From: a bacterium
GTDB taxonomy: Bacteria; Electryoneota; JAOADG01
Length of the DNA: 64,000 bases
Assembly: GCA_963681965.1 (NCBI GenBank)
Contig: OY820579.1
Location: 1,792,001-1,856,000 of the forward strand
Reading direction: 5' to 3'
Shown here: positions 8,859-19,900 of the stretch, in pieces
Position numbering within the stretch: the stretch's first letter is position 1
How the letters are laid out: each line of letters starts with the position of its first letter
Notes under the pieces: generated by a model
Databases searched by the model: none
What the model saw: only the letters and a program-made list of their open reading frames with translations
Told to the model about the DNA's origin: nothing
Made by a program: the position numbers and the translations under genes

Positions 8859-11800
8859 ATGCGGTGGTTTTCGGTATTAATCTTCATTTTAATAACCAGT
8901 TCGTTTGCAAGTTCAAGGTTGCCTTCGAATACGCTTCCACTTGCCGGAGTGGCGCTCCGAGTCTCGACTTATGAACAACTCGATTTCACCGTTTCCAGTG
9001 ATATTGTGAATCGGGAATCGAAACCGGGATCTTGGAAAGTGAAAGCGATTGATGGAACCTACCGGGTCGATCGAAATGGTCTGAAACATCCAGCGAAATT
9101 AGTATGGATTGCCGTTCCTCCCGGAAAACGGGTTCAGTTGACCTCGATAAAACCACAATCGACTTCATATCTGTCGGGTACGCTCGAACCTGCAATCTCC
9201 GATACGGCTAGGTCTGACTTGTTACGCGCTATGACTGGATCGAATTGGATTGAAATTGGAGAGCTGAATACTTTGCTGGGACATACTGTTGTGCCAGTAT
9301 ATATCATGTTTGCCGTTCAAAATGGCAATAGTATTGCGTACTCCAGCAACATCGCTGTTTCACTGCGGTTTGTTGACATTACTTCGACACAATCCGTCGA
9401 TCGAACACAATTGGCGCCGCTTCCCGATTATATTTTGAATCATTCGACGGCGAACAGATGGCGAACCTCGCGATCTTCAATCATGTCGCTAACTCAAACA
9501 TCAACTGTTGCCCCGATAGGACCACTGTACCGAATTTCAACCAATTCCGAGGGAATTACTGAAATCACAGGAGCGGAATTACAGCGAGCCGGAATCAATC
9601 TATCCCAAATCGATCCTCTTTCAATTAGATTATTGAGTAATTCGGCAAAGCCATTGGATGAAGCGTTGACAGCGGCGTTAAAAGAACCGTGGAATGAAAT
9701 TGCAATTCTTGTGGAAGACGGAAACGACGGTAGATTCGATCCAACCGATCGCATCTTGTTTTACGGTGAATCCACATACGGTTGGTCCCGGAACTCTAAT
9801 TCAACTTTCAGCCATTGGTTATCTCCATATACGCGCAAAGCGACTTATTTTCTCGATTTGAATCAAGGTGGATTACCCGGTCGCAGAATGTCATCACTCC
9901 CATCTGCCAACGATGAATTACTGGTGACCACAGCTATTGGTCGCTACCTTCGCGAAGACGATTTAAGCTGCTTTGCCAATGCATCATTCACTACCTCCGG
10001 AACACGATGGGTGGGTCCGTTATTGACGAATACCTCGGATATCATTCTGACTTTGCCACTTGCCGGCGCAGTTGCTTCACCTACCGGTATCGTAAAATTT
10101 TCTTCTCGGTGGGTATCAACCGATAATCTTTATCCATCCAATGGAAGATTTCTTTTGAACGGAACGCAATTCGACGCATCATCGTTTTCCTATTACGATA
10201 TTGTGATCAATAATCAGGCGAGCGCTTCGTTATTGCATGAGGGAGCGAATCAATTTACTGCGCGGAAAACGGGGAGCCACGATTTTTACTTCGACTGGTT
10301 GGAAGTTGAATATCCCCGCGATTTGACCATGCGGAATGGAAAGTTATTTGCCGATGTAACTATCGGATCGAAATATCGGGTGAACATCACCACCACGACG
10401 CTTCCCTATGTATTCGAGGTTTCGAATCGCGATAGTGTTCGATGGATTCACAATAAGAGCTTTGCCGATTCTGGATCTTCATTACAGTATCGCCGCTACG
10501 TGGCATTCGACGAAGATGCCTTTTTACATGTAGTATCGATCGACCCCGCACGTTTTGGTGGTGAAGATTACTCCTATCTTCGGGACACAACATTATCGGC
10601 AGATTATTTATTGATCTACGATGACGATTATCACGATCCCGCCAAGAAATTGCGCGATTACCGGATCTCACATAATTCGGTTGATGCGAAGATGATCCGA
10701 ATTCAGGATATTTACGATTGTTTCTCCGGGGGGAATGTCGATCCTGTCGCGATTAGGAATTTTCTTCGGTATACCGTCACCTCTTGGTCGCGTTCTCATT
10801 CGATTCCCAAATATGTCATGTTATTCGGCGATGGCGACTACGATTATCGTGGAATTCTTCAACCGAATACTAATCGACCGATTCCGGCATACGAAATCAG
10901 TACTTATGCCACGGACGATTATTTTACCAGATTGACTGGTTCGACTGCATTACCCGAAATGATATCTGCACGCTTACCGCTCCAAACGCCCCGACAGATG
11001 GATGCTTGGGTAGATAAATTGATGACCTACGAAACACAGCCGGTACCCGGAACATGGCGGAATAAAATCGTTTTATGTGCCGATGATGAGTATGGACAAG
11101 GCGGAACCTATGATGCATTTGAGCAAACCCATACCGAAAAAACCGAAGATATTTCCCGACGACTGATTCCAAATACATACGAGCAAGTGAAAATATACCT
11201 ACTTGAATATCCTGCAATCGTCGATCCAGTTCAATTAGCAAATGTCAAACCGGAAGCAAATGCCGCATTATTGACCGAACTCGAGCGCGGTGCTTTGATG
11301 GTGAATTGGATCGGGCATGGCAATCCGCGAGTTTGGGCGCACGAGCAATTGTTGCGTGAAAGTCGCGATTTAAACCGGATTAATACCGGGATGAAACTGC
11401 CACTTTGGCTGGGTTTCACTTGCGATTGGGCTTACTGGGACGATGCCGCGGTTCAAAGTATGCCGGAAAAATTGTTAGGCTTATCGAACAATGGAGCGCT
11501 GGCGGTCGTTGCAGCAACTCGACCAACTGGTGCCGATCCCAATGAAATTTTAGCCGATTACTTTTTCCGGGCAATACTGGACACATTGCAGCATCCCCAC
11601 CGGTCGATTGCCGAAGCGCTGACATTGGCAAAAGTCCAATCGGGAACCGATGCCCCGTATTCTCGCGCCAATTCCAGTTTATATACCTCGCTATGCGATC
11701 CGTTGACACGATTGGCATTGCCGGAATACGATATCGGAATCGATTCGATAACTCCATCGCCGATTACCCCATTGGCTCGCTCAATGACCCATGGTAAAGT

Positions 11801-12761
11801 AGTAATACAAGATGGATCCAGTCTTAGCGATGGTCAACTTACCGTCACATTGCGCAGTTCGCCATTGAAGCGAGTACATCATTGGGATGATGATCCATCG
11901 AATTCAGCCATAACTTATTTCAAACCGGGAAGATTGCTGTTCCGAGGTACGACGACATTGACGGATACTAGTTTCCGAACCCCATTATTGTTGCCGCTTG
12001 ATGTTACCTATAATGACAGCGCAACTGCTTATGCTTATGCGAACGGTAGTTGGGGTGCGGCATCGGGAATTCTGATCAATCAACGCACCGATTCGGTTTG
12101 CGCGAATTTACGCGATACGATTCCGCCTGCGATAAAGCTTTTTATTAACAATCGAGAATTTCGTAGCGATGATATTGTGAATGACAACCCGATTTTACTA
12201 GCCGATATCGTCGACTCCAGTGGTGTAAATTTGACCGGTGAAATCGGACATCGTATTATTGCAACGATTGACGGCAAGGATCTGGATTTTACCGAACAAT
12301 TCGCCTACATGAACAATCAAGTCACCAAGGGAACGGTAGAATCGCCACTAGGCTTCCTCGATCCGGGCAAACATCACTTGCGACTGGTTGCCTTTGATGG
12401 TGCTAATAATCCCGGAGTCGCCGTGATTGATTTCGAAGTTGCCTCGACCTCTTCGGAGTTATCGGTGCGGAATCTGTTGAACTATCCGAATCCAATCAGT
12501 GGAAACACGGCTTTTACGTTCGAATGTTCCGTTGCCGGAACGGCTTCGATCGATATTTATTCAATACACGGTACAAAAATCCGGTCAATATCTAGTTTCC
12601 CGATTCACATCGGGTACAACTATCCTTCGGAGGCGACATGGGATGCACGCGATAAAGATGGCGTGGATGTTGCCAACGGGGTTTATCTATGGCGACTAAA
12701 AGCGAAAGCCGACGATGGACGATCGGTGGATGCTACCGGTCGCGCAGCGGTTTTACGATAA
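8859..12761 (+). CDS. porU: PorU-like type IX secretion sortase/peptidase (C25 gingipain family) with C-terminal T9SS/FlgD-like domain
   Basis: Signal peptide MRWFSVLIF... after a GGAGAG RBS. C25 hallmarks DPVAIRNFL, LFGDGDYD, TDDYF, WIGHG (catalytic His), FTCDW (catalytic Cys). CTD LNYPNP...WDARDKDG...NGVYLWRL. Confidence 0.85.
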   Translation: MRWFSVLIFILITSSFASSRLPSNTLPLAGVALRVSTYEQLDFTVSSDIVNRESKPGSWKVKAIDGTYRVDRNGLKHPAKLVWIAVPPGKRVQLTSIKPQSTSYLSGTLEPAISDTARSDLLRAMTGSNWIEIGELNTLLGHTVVPVYIMFAVQNGNSIAYSSNIAVSLRFVDITSTQSVDRTQLAPLPDYILNHSTANRWRTSRSSIMSLTQTSTVAPIGPLYRISTNSEGITEITGAELQRAGINLSQIDPLSIRLLSNSAKPLDEALTAALKEPWNEIAILVEDGNDGRFDPTDRILFYGESTYGWSRNSNSTFSHWLSPYTRKATYFLDLNQGGLPGRRMSSLPSANDELLVTTAIGRYLREDDLSCFANASFTTSGTRWVGPLLTNTSDIILTLPLAGAVASPTGIVKFSSRWVSTDNLYPSNGRFLLNGTQFDASSFSYYDIVINNQASASLLHEGANQFTARKTGSHDFYFDWLEVEYPRDLTMRNGKLFADVTIGSKYRVNITTTTLPYVFEVSNRDSVRWIHNKSFADSGSSLQYRRYVAFDEDAFLHVVSIDPARFGGEDYSYLRDTTLSADYLLIYDDDYHDPAKKLRDYRISHNSVDAKMIRIQDIYDCFSGGNVDPVAIRNFLRYTVTSWSRSHSIPKYVMLFGDGDYDYRGILQPNTNRPIPAYEISTYATDDYFTRLTGSTALPEMISARLPLQTPRQMDAWVDKLMTYETQPVPGTWRNKIVLCADDEYGQGGTYDAFEQTHTEKTEDISRRLIPNTYEQVKIYLLEYPAIVDPVQLANVKPEANAALLTELERGALMVNWIGHGNPRVWAHEQLLRESRDLNRINTGMKLPLWLGFTCDWAYWDDAAVQSMPEKLLGLSNNGALAVVAATRPTGADPNEILADYFFRAILDTLQHPHRSIAEALTLAKVQSGTDAPYSRANSSLYTSLCDPLTRLALPEYDIGIDSITPSPITPLARSMTHGKVVIQDGSSLSDGQLTVTLRSSPLKRVHHWDDDPSNSAITYFKPGRLLFRGTTTLTDTSFRTPLLLPLDVTYNDSATAYAYANGSWGAASGILINQRTDSVCANLRDTIPPAIKLFINNREFRSDDIVNDNPILLADIVDSSGVNLTGEIGHRIIATIDGKDLDFTEQFAYMNNQVTKGTVESPLGFLDPGKHHLRLVAFDGANNPGVAVIDFEVASTSSELSVRNLLNYPNPISGNTAFTFECSVAGTASIDIYSIHGTKIRSISSFPIHIGYNYPSEATWDARDKDGVDVANGVYLWRLKAKADDGRSVDATGRAAVLR

Positions 12762-12783
12762 TGGAATCAATACGGAGGATTGC

Positions 12784-13830
12784 ATGAAACGACTACTGAT
12801 TTCAGTGCTAATGGGAATGATTGCACTGTTGATCTGCGCCCAGGCTTATGCCGGAGTTTCGGAAGCTGCGGCATTATTCCTGAAAATTTCCCCGGGTGCC
12901 CGGTACGGTGGCATGGGTGAAGCCGGTGTTGCACTGACCGACGATGCCAGTGCGACGTGGTGGAATCCCGCCGGACTCGGATTTCAGAACCAGCGACAGA
13001 TTACTATGATGCACGCAAATTGGTTGCCGCAGTTCCATCTTCCCGACCTATACTACGACTTTATTTCGTACGTGCACACTGTTCCTGAAGTAGGAACATT
13101 CGGTGGTCAGATTATCTTCCTCAATTTGGGAACTTCGACCAGAACCGATGAAGTCGGTAACGAACAGGGAACATTCTCGACCTACGAAGGGGCATTGGGA
13201 GCTTCCTACGGTACGCAACTTAATCAGCAGACTGCGCTCGGTATCAGTTTTAGAGTGATTTACTCGCATCTATCCGATCGTGGCGCTGGTGCTGAAAAAG
13301 GTTCCGGGAGCGCAACCGGAGTTGGAGTCGATGTCGGCGTAATCCATAAGGCGAAGTTTCTCAAGGGTCTTCAGTACGGTGCGAACTTGTCGAATATGGG
13401 TCCGAAAATTTCCTATATCGATGCCGCTCAAGCCGATCCCATTCCGACCAATTTGAAATTAGGCGTTGCATATCACTTACTCGATACCGAATTCAACAAA
13501 GTAACATTTGTAGCCGATGTCGATAAGGAACTGGTTCGCAAATACAGTGATGGTACATCCGATCCATTTTATGTAGCATTGGTTACTAGTTGGACTGATG
13601 AGCCATTGATTCAGGAAATGATTTATCACGTTGGCGCTGAATATTGGTATACGAATTTGGTCGGATTGCGGATGGGCTACTGGAACGACCAACAAGGTAA
13701 AGTCAAACCATTGACGTTCGGTGCTTCGCTGCAATATTCGGTCTATCGTTTCGATTTTAGCTATGTTTCCGCCGGTGAAGGACATCCTTTGACCGATACA
13801 ATGCGCTTCTCGCTATCGATTGGTCTCTAA
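12784..13830 (+). CDS. porV: PorV/PorQ-family (FadL-like) outer-membrane shuttle of type IX secretion
   Basis: FLKISPGARYGGMGEAGVA, ATWWNPAGL, NLSNMGPKISY, PTNLKLG, DTMRFSL. Start re-called to the ATG after GGAGG. Confidence 0.88.
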   Translation: MKRLLISVLMGMIALLICAQAYAGVSEAAALFLKISPGARYGGMGEAGVALTDDASATWWNPAGLGFQNQRQITMMHANWLPQFHLPDLYYDFISYVHTVPEVGTFGGQIIFLNLGTSTRTDEVGNEQGTFSTYEGALGASYGTQLNQQTALGISFRVIYSHLSDRGAGAEKGSGSATGVGVDVGVIHKAKFLKGLQYGANLSNMGPKISYIDAAQADPIPTNLKLGVAYHLLDTEFNKVTFVADVDKELVRKYSDGTSDPFYVALVTSWTDEPLIQEMIYHVGAEYWYTNLVGLRMGYWNDQQGKVKPLTFGASLQYSVYRFDFSYVSAGEGHPLTDTMRFSLSIGL

Positions 13831-13882
13831 TCGATGAACGATCCTAACAACGCTGTCGGCACATCTACAAGGACGGATTGCA

Positions 13883-16800
13883 GTGACTAATCGATTGTAC
13901 TTAATAGCGGGTTTGATTGCGGTACTGGTTTCGGTTTCGGTGGCAGTATCTACTCCACTAAAACCGTTATTTCGAGGAGTGAAGTCCGGTTCCGATTTCA
14001 AATCGCGGTCGATTGTCAGCTTGCGTCCGACGATGCGGATTCTCGCAATTCGTGTCGATTTTCCACGCGATACCATTTCGACTACGACCGGTGATGGTGG
14101 TTTCGATTTTGGAAATCGCGAAGGACGCAAAATCGATCCGCCTCCACATGACAGCAGTTATTTTCAAGATCAGTTCAAATTTGTCGATCACTATTTTCGA
14201 CAAGTTTCGGGAAACCGATTGTCGATGGAGGCTACGGTTTTTCCCTCCGGCAATCGTATTGCTTACCGAATGTCTGAGCCGATTTGGCATTATCATCCCG
14301 ATCCTGCCGACAACGACTTGACCAATCAACGGATTACCGAATTGTGGCGGGAAGCATGGAACGCCGCGGGTCAAGATCCCAATGTTCACTTTTATACTGT
14401 GAGTGGGACTGATACCATTCCTAATTACGACCTCTATGTTGTTTTGCATGCCGGTTCTGGAAATGAATACGATTTAGGGTATGACGATACTCCGTTCGAC
14501 ATCCCTTCGGGATTCATGACCAAAGCTGATTATTCAAAATATTTATCCATAACCAATCCCCGTGGATTACCCATAACGACTTCTGACGGTGGCACCTTCT
14601 ACATCCCGGAAGGTGCCTTACTGCCGGAGATGTCGTCGCAGAAAACCGGTTCCGAATGGATCGATATCGGAGTCGGAGGTCTTTATACATTTTTACTCGG
14701 TCGATCGATCGGTATGCCGTTCCTGTACGATGTCGACAAGGGAACCTCGCGAGTTGGACGGTGGAGCCTGATGGATCGTGGATTCGGAACGTTTTTCGGT
14801 ATTCTTCCCGGATATCCCGACGCCTATACTCGAATGCGGATGGGCTGGGTACAACCAGTTCCAGCACCCGATACCGGCATCGTGGAACTTCGAATTCCGC
14901 AGGATACACTCCATCCCACGCTGCCTGAAGTCATGCGGTTCGAAGGTGCCGGCGACGAATATTATCTGATGGAAGCCCGGAATCGCGATCCTGATTCGGT
15001 GAAATGTGCTTATGTCTATGATGTTGCCGGACATCGTGCCAAACTGACCGATCAATATGAAATCGAACTTGATACCTCACTCGCTAATTCATTTGGCGTG
15101 ATCGTTCGTGCCGATAATTACGAATTCGATACACCCGGTAGTGGAGTGCTCGTTTGGCGCGTGAATGCTGCTGAAGAGCGACGTCGTACCGCGTTGAATA
15201 TCCCTTTCCAAACCGGTTCTATACCGTATGTTTTGAAATTAATCGAAGCCGATGGTTCCGAGGATTTCGGTCAGAATTACGATATGTTTTCACCCGGGAG
15301 TGGTACTGAAACCGGATCTCCCTACGATGCATTTTTCCGGAATAATACCGAATGGTCGCATGCCAATGGCGACGATGGCGCAGTTCGCTTTTCACGCGAA
15401 GTAAATCCCCCGGCAATCACTTCGAATGGTGCGCCACTACAGTTTACACTTGGGCAATTCTCTTCAGTTGGTTGGACGATGTCCTTCCGGGTTTATCGAA
15501 ATTCGAATCAACTGGAAGGCGAGAAACGGTTCCGGATTTCGCCGTCGAAGTCACCCGTCGTAGCAATTCCCTTTGATGTGAACAACGACCGCTTCGATGA
15601 AGTTTGGATTGCCGACAGTAATGCCATTTACGGACTTACTACCGATGGAAATTGGATCGGCACCGACACAATCCGATTCGTAACGCACGATCAGACCACA
15701 GGTGCGATGCTGGATTCGATTGCTTCGCCGGCACTATTCCACTTCGACGGTCCTCCGATTCGGAAAATGGTCTTTCATAACGCTTCCGGATCGTTGCGAA
15801 TATTAGCCTATCGATGTTATGCCGATGGTAGCGGAAAACGATTGACAGATTATGCTTGCACACTGCCAATTTCCGGAGCAGTGTCGTTATCGCAACATTC
15901 GATCGATCTACCGGGAGCAGTGACTACACTTGCTTGCGACGAAACCAGTAATCAGTGGATTGTTGGATTGAGTGATTATGCAATTGTACGCGATTCGATC
16001 CGGACCAATCCACAATTAGTAATGACGTTTATCAATCGATCTTATCATCTCGATATTCTGAATCCGAGTGGCACAGATCTCGAATTTCCACTCCCATCGG
16101 ATCTATCGGGAAATCCGGAAATCTTTGGTTTAAACTCTACTGTTCCGCTGGCAGGTGTTGGAAATCGATTATACCGGTATTCCGGAACGGAATGGTCCCT
16201 TGATCCTTCGTTTTCGATGGTCGCCGATTCGATTAAAGCGATTGGCTGGACAAGTGAAAACGCTGTTGTTATTACTCGCAACCAGTGGCTATTAACCAAT
16301 GGTAAATCGCTTCGAACCGGATTTCCGCGCAGATTGCCATCCTCTTCAGCGCCAATATCTTTGGTGGCTGCCAAGACAACACAAACCGATCCGGTAATCT
16401 GGTACGGCACCGAAACCGGTGAATTATGGAAATTGTATCGTGATCGAGTGGATCGCAATTATCCGATTGCGATCGGTATTCAACCCGTGGACGGTTTGGT
16501 TTTGTTGACTGCTCATCATATACCTACTGCTCCGGATTCGGTGCGATTGGCAGCGGTGTCTCGCGATGGTGTGGTTTTTTTGACGACTTTACCCTTATCG
16601 GATGTTGAAGCGGCTACTTGGGCAGCCCCTGCCGGTACCGGCTCCGGATTACCGAATTCTACTCCCGAACGGGATTGGTCGGTGATGTACGATAACGGTC
16701 TCTCGTATGCATTCGTATGGCCCAATCCGATCAAGGGGAATCAGGGATTTGTCCGGGTAGGGTCAAATCAAGCCGGAATGTCCCAAGCCAAAGCCGAAGT

Positions 16801-16972
16801 ATTCGACGTTATCGGAGAGCGAATCGCGACACTACATAATCCCTATCCAGTAGAAGGGGGCGGGTACGAATGGCGCTGGGATGTTTCTTCAGTCTCGCGT
16901 GGTTTGTATATCGTTCGCGTTCAAGTTCCCGGTGCTCCGGTTAAAATGATCAAAGCAGCGGTGGTAAAATGA
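13883..16972 (+). CDS. Secreted M6 (immune inhibitor A)-like protein lacking HExxH, with beta-propeller-like region and C-terminal T9SS sorting domain
   Basis: ILAIRVDF, VVLHAGSG, GMPFLYD, GRWSLMD, RMRMGW, EYYLMEAR, GSGVLVWRV, LIEADG are M6 scaffold motifs. CTD VWPNP...VFDVIGE...WDVSSVSRGLYIVRV. Confidence 0.75.
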   Translation: MTNRLYLIAGLIAVLVSVSVAVSTPLKPLFRGVKSGSDFKSRSIVSLRPTMRILAIRVDFPRDTISTTTGDGGFDFGNREGRKIDPPPHDSSYFQDQFKFVDHYFRQVSGNRLSMEATVFPSGNRIAYRMSEPIWHYHPDPADNDLTNQRITELWREAWNAAGQDPNVHFYTVSGTDTIPNYDLYVVLHAGSGNEYDLGYDDTPFDIPSGFMTKADYSKYLSITNPRGLPITTSDGGTFYIPEGALLPEMSSQKTGSEWIDIGVGGLYTFLLGRSIGMPFLYDVDKGTSRVGRWSLMDRGFGTFFGILPGYPDAYTRMRMGWVQPVPAPDTGIVELRIPQDTLHPTLPEVMRFEGAGDEYYLMEARNRDPDSVKCAYVYDVAGHRAKLTDQYEIELDTSLANSFGVIVRADNYEFDTPGSGVLVWRVNAAEERRRTALNIPFQTGSIPYVLKLIEADGSEDFGQNYDMFSPGSGTETGSPYDAFFRNNTEWSHANGDDGAVRFSREVNPPAITSNGAPLQFTLGQFSSVGWTMSFRVYRNSNQLEGEKRFRISPSKSPVVAIPFDVNNDRFDEVWIADSNAIYGLTTDGNWIGTDTIRFVTHDQTTGAMLDSIASPALFHFDGPPIRKMVFHNASGSLRILAYRCYADGSGKRLTDYACTLPISGAVSLSQHSIDLPGAVTTLACDETSNQWIVGLSDYAIVRDSIRTNPQLVMTFINRSYHLDILNPSGTDLEFPLPSDLSGNPEIFGLNSTVPLAGVGNRLYRYSGTEWSLDPSFSMVADSIKAIGWTSENAVVITRNQWLLTNGKSLRTGFPRRLPSSSAPISLVAAKTTQTDPVIWYGTETGELWKLYRDRVDRNYPIAIGIQPVDGLVLLTAHHIPTAPDSVRLAAVSRDGVVFLTTLPLSDVEAATWAAPAGTGSGLPNSTPERDWSVMYDNGLSYAFVWPNPIKGNQGFVRVGSNQAGMSQAKAEVFDVIGERIATLHNPYPVEGGGYEWRWDVSSVSRGLYIVRVQVPGAPVKMIKAAVVK

Positions 16973-19900
16973 AGCGAACGACTGCCTACTCGATTTTAGG
17001 AATATCGCTCCTGCTGCTGATTGGAGTGGCGTTTGCGCAAGTAACTCCATTCAATCACGCTGAATTATTATGGCGAACGATCGAAGGGAAGCACCACATC
17101 GTCCATTACCACGTCGGCGCTGAACGTACTGCTCAAATGATTTTGGATATTGCCGACGAAGTACATCAACCACTTGCCGATCTGTACAAATACGAACCGG
17201 ATACGAAAGTCAACTGGGTCATTTACGATACCGACGATTATGCCAACGGCGCGACGTATTTCCTGAACAATCGCATCGTGATCTGGGCACCGGCACTCGA
17301 TTTTGAATTTCGTGGTACGCATAATTGGCTTCGAAATGTTGTGACGCATGAATATACTCATATGATTCAACTCGGAGCTGCACGGAAGTGGTCGCGACAG
17401 ATGCCGGCGATCTACGGACAGTATATCGGTTATGAACCGGAAACCCGACCCGATGTTCTGTATGGTTTCCCGAATCGGATCATGAGTTACCCACTATCCA
17501 ATACTACCGTTCCTCATTGGTTTGCCGAAGGAACAGCACAATCGATGCGCCGCGGAATGAATTACGATTATCGCGATAGCCACCGCGAGATGCTTCTTCG
17601 CTCTCGAGCGCTTGCCGACAATTTGTTGACGATGGATGAGATGGGTGTCTTCGAGAAGACTAGTCTTGGCGGCGAATTGGTTTACAACCAGGGATTTGCG
17701 TTAGTTCAATACATAATCGACCGGTTCGGTGAAACTGCTTTAAGAACACTATCTGAATCACTCGGGTCAATGTCGGTTTGGTCGTTCGATGCCGCGTGCC
17801 GGAAGACACTGGGTATACCGGCTCAGAAGCTTTACGATGAATGGGTTCGCGCGATGAAGGAAACCTATCGCGTGCGCACTGAAACAATACGCCAGCACGA
17901 AGTGACCGGTCGATTGTTGGAAGAAGATGGCTTTGCTAATCTATATCCACGATGGTCGATCGACGGGAAAAAAATATACTTTACCTCGAATAAGGAAAAG
18001 GATTATTTCGGTGGATCGTCGTTGGTCGAGATGAATCTTGCAACCGGTAAGAAAGAGAAGCTCGTCAAAACAATGGCACCCTTTGCAGTTCACCCGAATG
18101 GCAAAGGATTGATCTATTCGGAACAACCGTTACAAAAGGGGCAGCGACGACTCGACGATCTATTCTTCTACGATTTTGCGAAGAAAAAATCCTACCGGCT
18201 GACTTATGCCGAACGTGCGCAACAACCCGATGTTTCATCGGATGGGAAAAAGATTGTCGCCGTCACGCAATCCGACGGAACGATGAATCTTGTCGTGTTT
18301 GAACTTCCCGATTCGATCAAAGCCGATGTGAAGCAAAAAGCACAACTGAAGAAACGAGTATTGACATCCTATGTCAATGGCGAACAATTATCTCACCCTC
18401 GATTTTCACCTGACGGAAATAAAATTCTTTATTCTTTCGCACGCGAACAAAACCGCGATCTATTCGAATTCGATCTAACGACAAATACTTCCACGCTACT
18501 GCGCGCGAGTAAATGGGATGACCGCGACGTCGCATGGTCAAAAGATGGTCAGTGGATCTATTTTTCCAGCGACTCAACTGGTATCTGGAATATTTACCGG
18601 ATGCGTAGCGATCGCACAATCATCGAACCGGTGACGAATGTTGTCGGCGGTGCTCTGCTCGGTGAACCATCGCCGGATGGTGCGAAATTGGCATTCTGTC
18701 GATACGAATCGACCGGCTATAAGTTAGCATTATTGGATAAAATCGAACCAGTCGATCGAGCATACATGCAGTATCAACAGAACTATGCTCAATCGCTGCC
18801 GAATGTGTCGATACCCGATTCGATGCCACCGGCGAAACCAGTCATGAAATACAAACCGGCATTCGAGAAAACCTATATTCTTCCGCGAATTGCTTGGGAT
18901 TACGGTCGTTTCAAACCCGGTTTCTATGTCTATACGAACGATTATCTGGAAAAATTGAACCTGTTCGGTGGCTTTGCGATTAATGGTAAGAAGGACTACG
19001 ACTTGTATTTGTCGACCGACTACCGACAACTTCCACCGACGTTGTTCATGGACTTTTACAATATCGTCCGTCACGACGATAAACGATTCGATGATCCGCT
19101 CCGAATTGTTGGTCAATCCGGTCACGGTGATTCAGCCCAACCGATTTATGCACAATATGGAACAAAATATAAGTTCACGTTGCTCGAATTGGATATCGGT
19201 TTCCGGTACAATATCGATGAGAAGACTGTTGCCAGTTTGTATGGTATGTTCTCGCGCTACAGTGCGGCACTAGATTTCGACGACGGTTCATCATCGTTTG
19301 GTTACACGTATTTCAAAGGTCACAGTCTTGTCGCTTCGCTTACGCAAACCGCAATTACGCGCAGTGTAACCGATGACATCAATCCGTCCGGTGGTTATCA
19401 ATTCGGAATTCGGGCGCAACGCTCGCAGCACAATTACATCCAAGGGTTCACCATCAACGCCGATAAACTGACACTGCAGGAAGTCTATTCACCCTACAAT
19501 TACTGGCAGTTGGAAGGATCGTTTAATTATTATCAGAAGCTCTGGCATAAATGGGTGATGTCGCCGTCGGTTAAACTTGGTTATATCGATCGTAACGTCG
19601 ATCCATTCATGAATCTTTATGCCGGTGGTTTGTTCGGGATGCGCGGCTATTCGTTCTATAGTCTTGGTGGTACTCGCACGACTATTGCACAACTAGCACA
19701 GGAACTCCCGTTGTGGGAGCCGATGGGCAAACGACAGTATCTCGGTTGGGTACATCCGATAAGCGTCTATGCCAATCTATTCGCCGATGTCGGATCGGCA
19801 TGGCGTGGCGATGTGCAACATGCAAAATGGGTGCGGGATTTGGGTGGTGAATTGCGGTTTGGTTCGATATCGGTATTCAGTTATCCTACCGCGATCACGT

